64,000 bases of DNA from an uncultured archaeon (GTDB lineage: Archaea > Thermoproteota > Bathyarchaeia > Bathyarchaeales > Bathycorpusculaceae), in contig CAWENF010000002.1 of NCBI GenBank assembly GCA_963810275.1, positions 1 through 64,000 on the forward strand, read 5' to 3'. Position 1 is the stretch's first letter; the number at the start of each line of letters is the position of its first letter. The translations under genes and the position numbers were made by a program. Positions 63,787 through 64,000 of the stretch are shown here, piece after piece. The notes beneath the pieces are model-generated. The model worked only from the letters and a program-made list of their open reading frames with translations. It was not told the origin of the DNA and ran no database searches.

Positions 63787-64000
63787 ATGGCTGAAGTTTG
63801 TTCAACATGCGGACTCCCAAAAGACCTATGCGTTTGTGGAGAAATCGAAAAAGAGCAACAGCGCATTCGCATACGCCTTGAAACCCGTAAATTCGGAAAA
63901 GCAACCACTATCATAGACGGAATGGACGACAAAAACCAGAACCTGCAAAGCGTCGCCCAGAAACTTAAAACCTATTGTGCATGTGGCGGAACCCATAAAA
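63787..64000 (+). CDS. sui1: Translation initiation factor aIF1/SUI1 (truncated by window end)
   Basis: MAEVCSTCGLPKDLCVCGEIEKEQQRIRIRLETRKFGK.TTIIDG...LKTYCACGGT. Confidence 0.95.
   Translation, partial: MAEVCSTCGLPKDLCVCGEIEKEQQRIRIRLETRKFGKATTIIDGMDDKNQNLQSVAQKLKTYCACGGTHK

Overview
Archaeal chromosomal segment, most likely Bathyarchaeia. Archaeal origin is supported by RadA, aIF1/SUI1, an archaeal-type SRP RNA, TATA/BRE promoters and GGTGA/GGAGG ribosome-binding sites; the class-level call is inference from gene style. Main content: (1) an ABC transporter pair; (2) a translationally coupled SNF2 helicase / YqhG-like multi-zinc-finger / Mrr-fold operon; (3) several metal-binding microproteins and a candidate ~150-nt structured ncRNA; (4) an ~19 kb tetrapyrrole/anaerobic corrin supercluster (hemABCDL, cobA, sirC, permuted CobB/Q-like, cbiX-C, D, E, T, L, F, G/H, cbiMNQO and a regulator); (5) radA, an EMC6-like gene, rqcH, UDG, bcp with a divergent CysRS paralogue, and a PAS kinase; (6) SRP RNA; (7) a trpEGDCBA operon with tandem TGTACA boxes and no trpF; (8) an orphan pair of contractile-injection-system tube genes next to aIF1. 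About 16 genes carry single-base frameshifts that look like sequencing/assembly indels. All product calls come from motif recognition by eye; no database searches were run.
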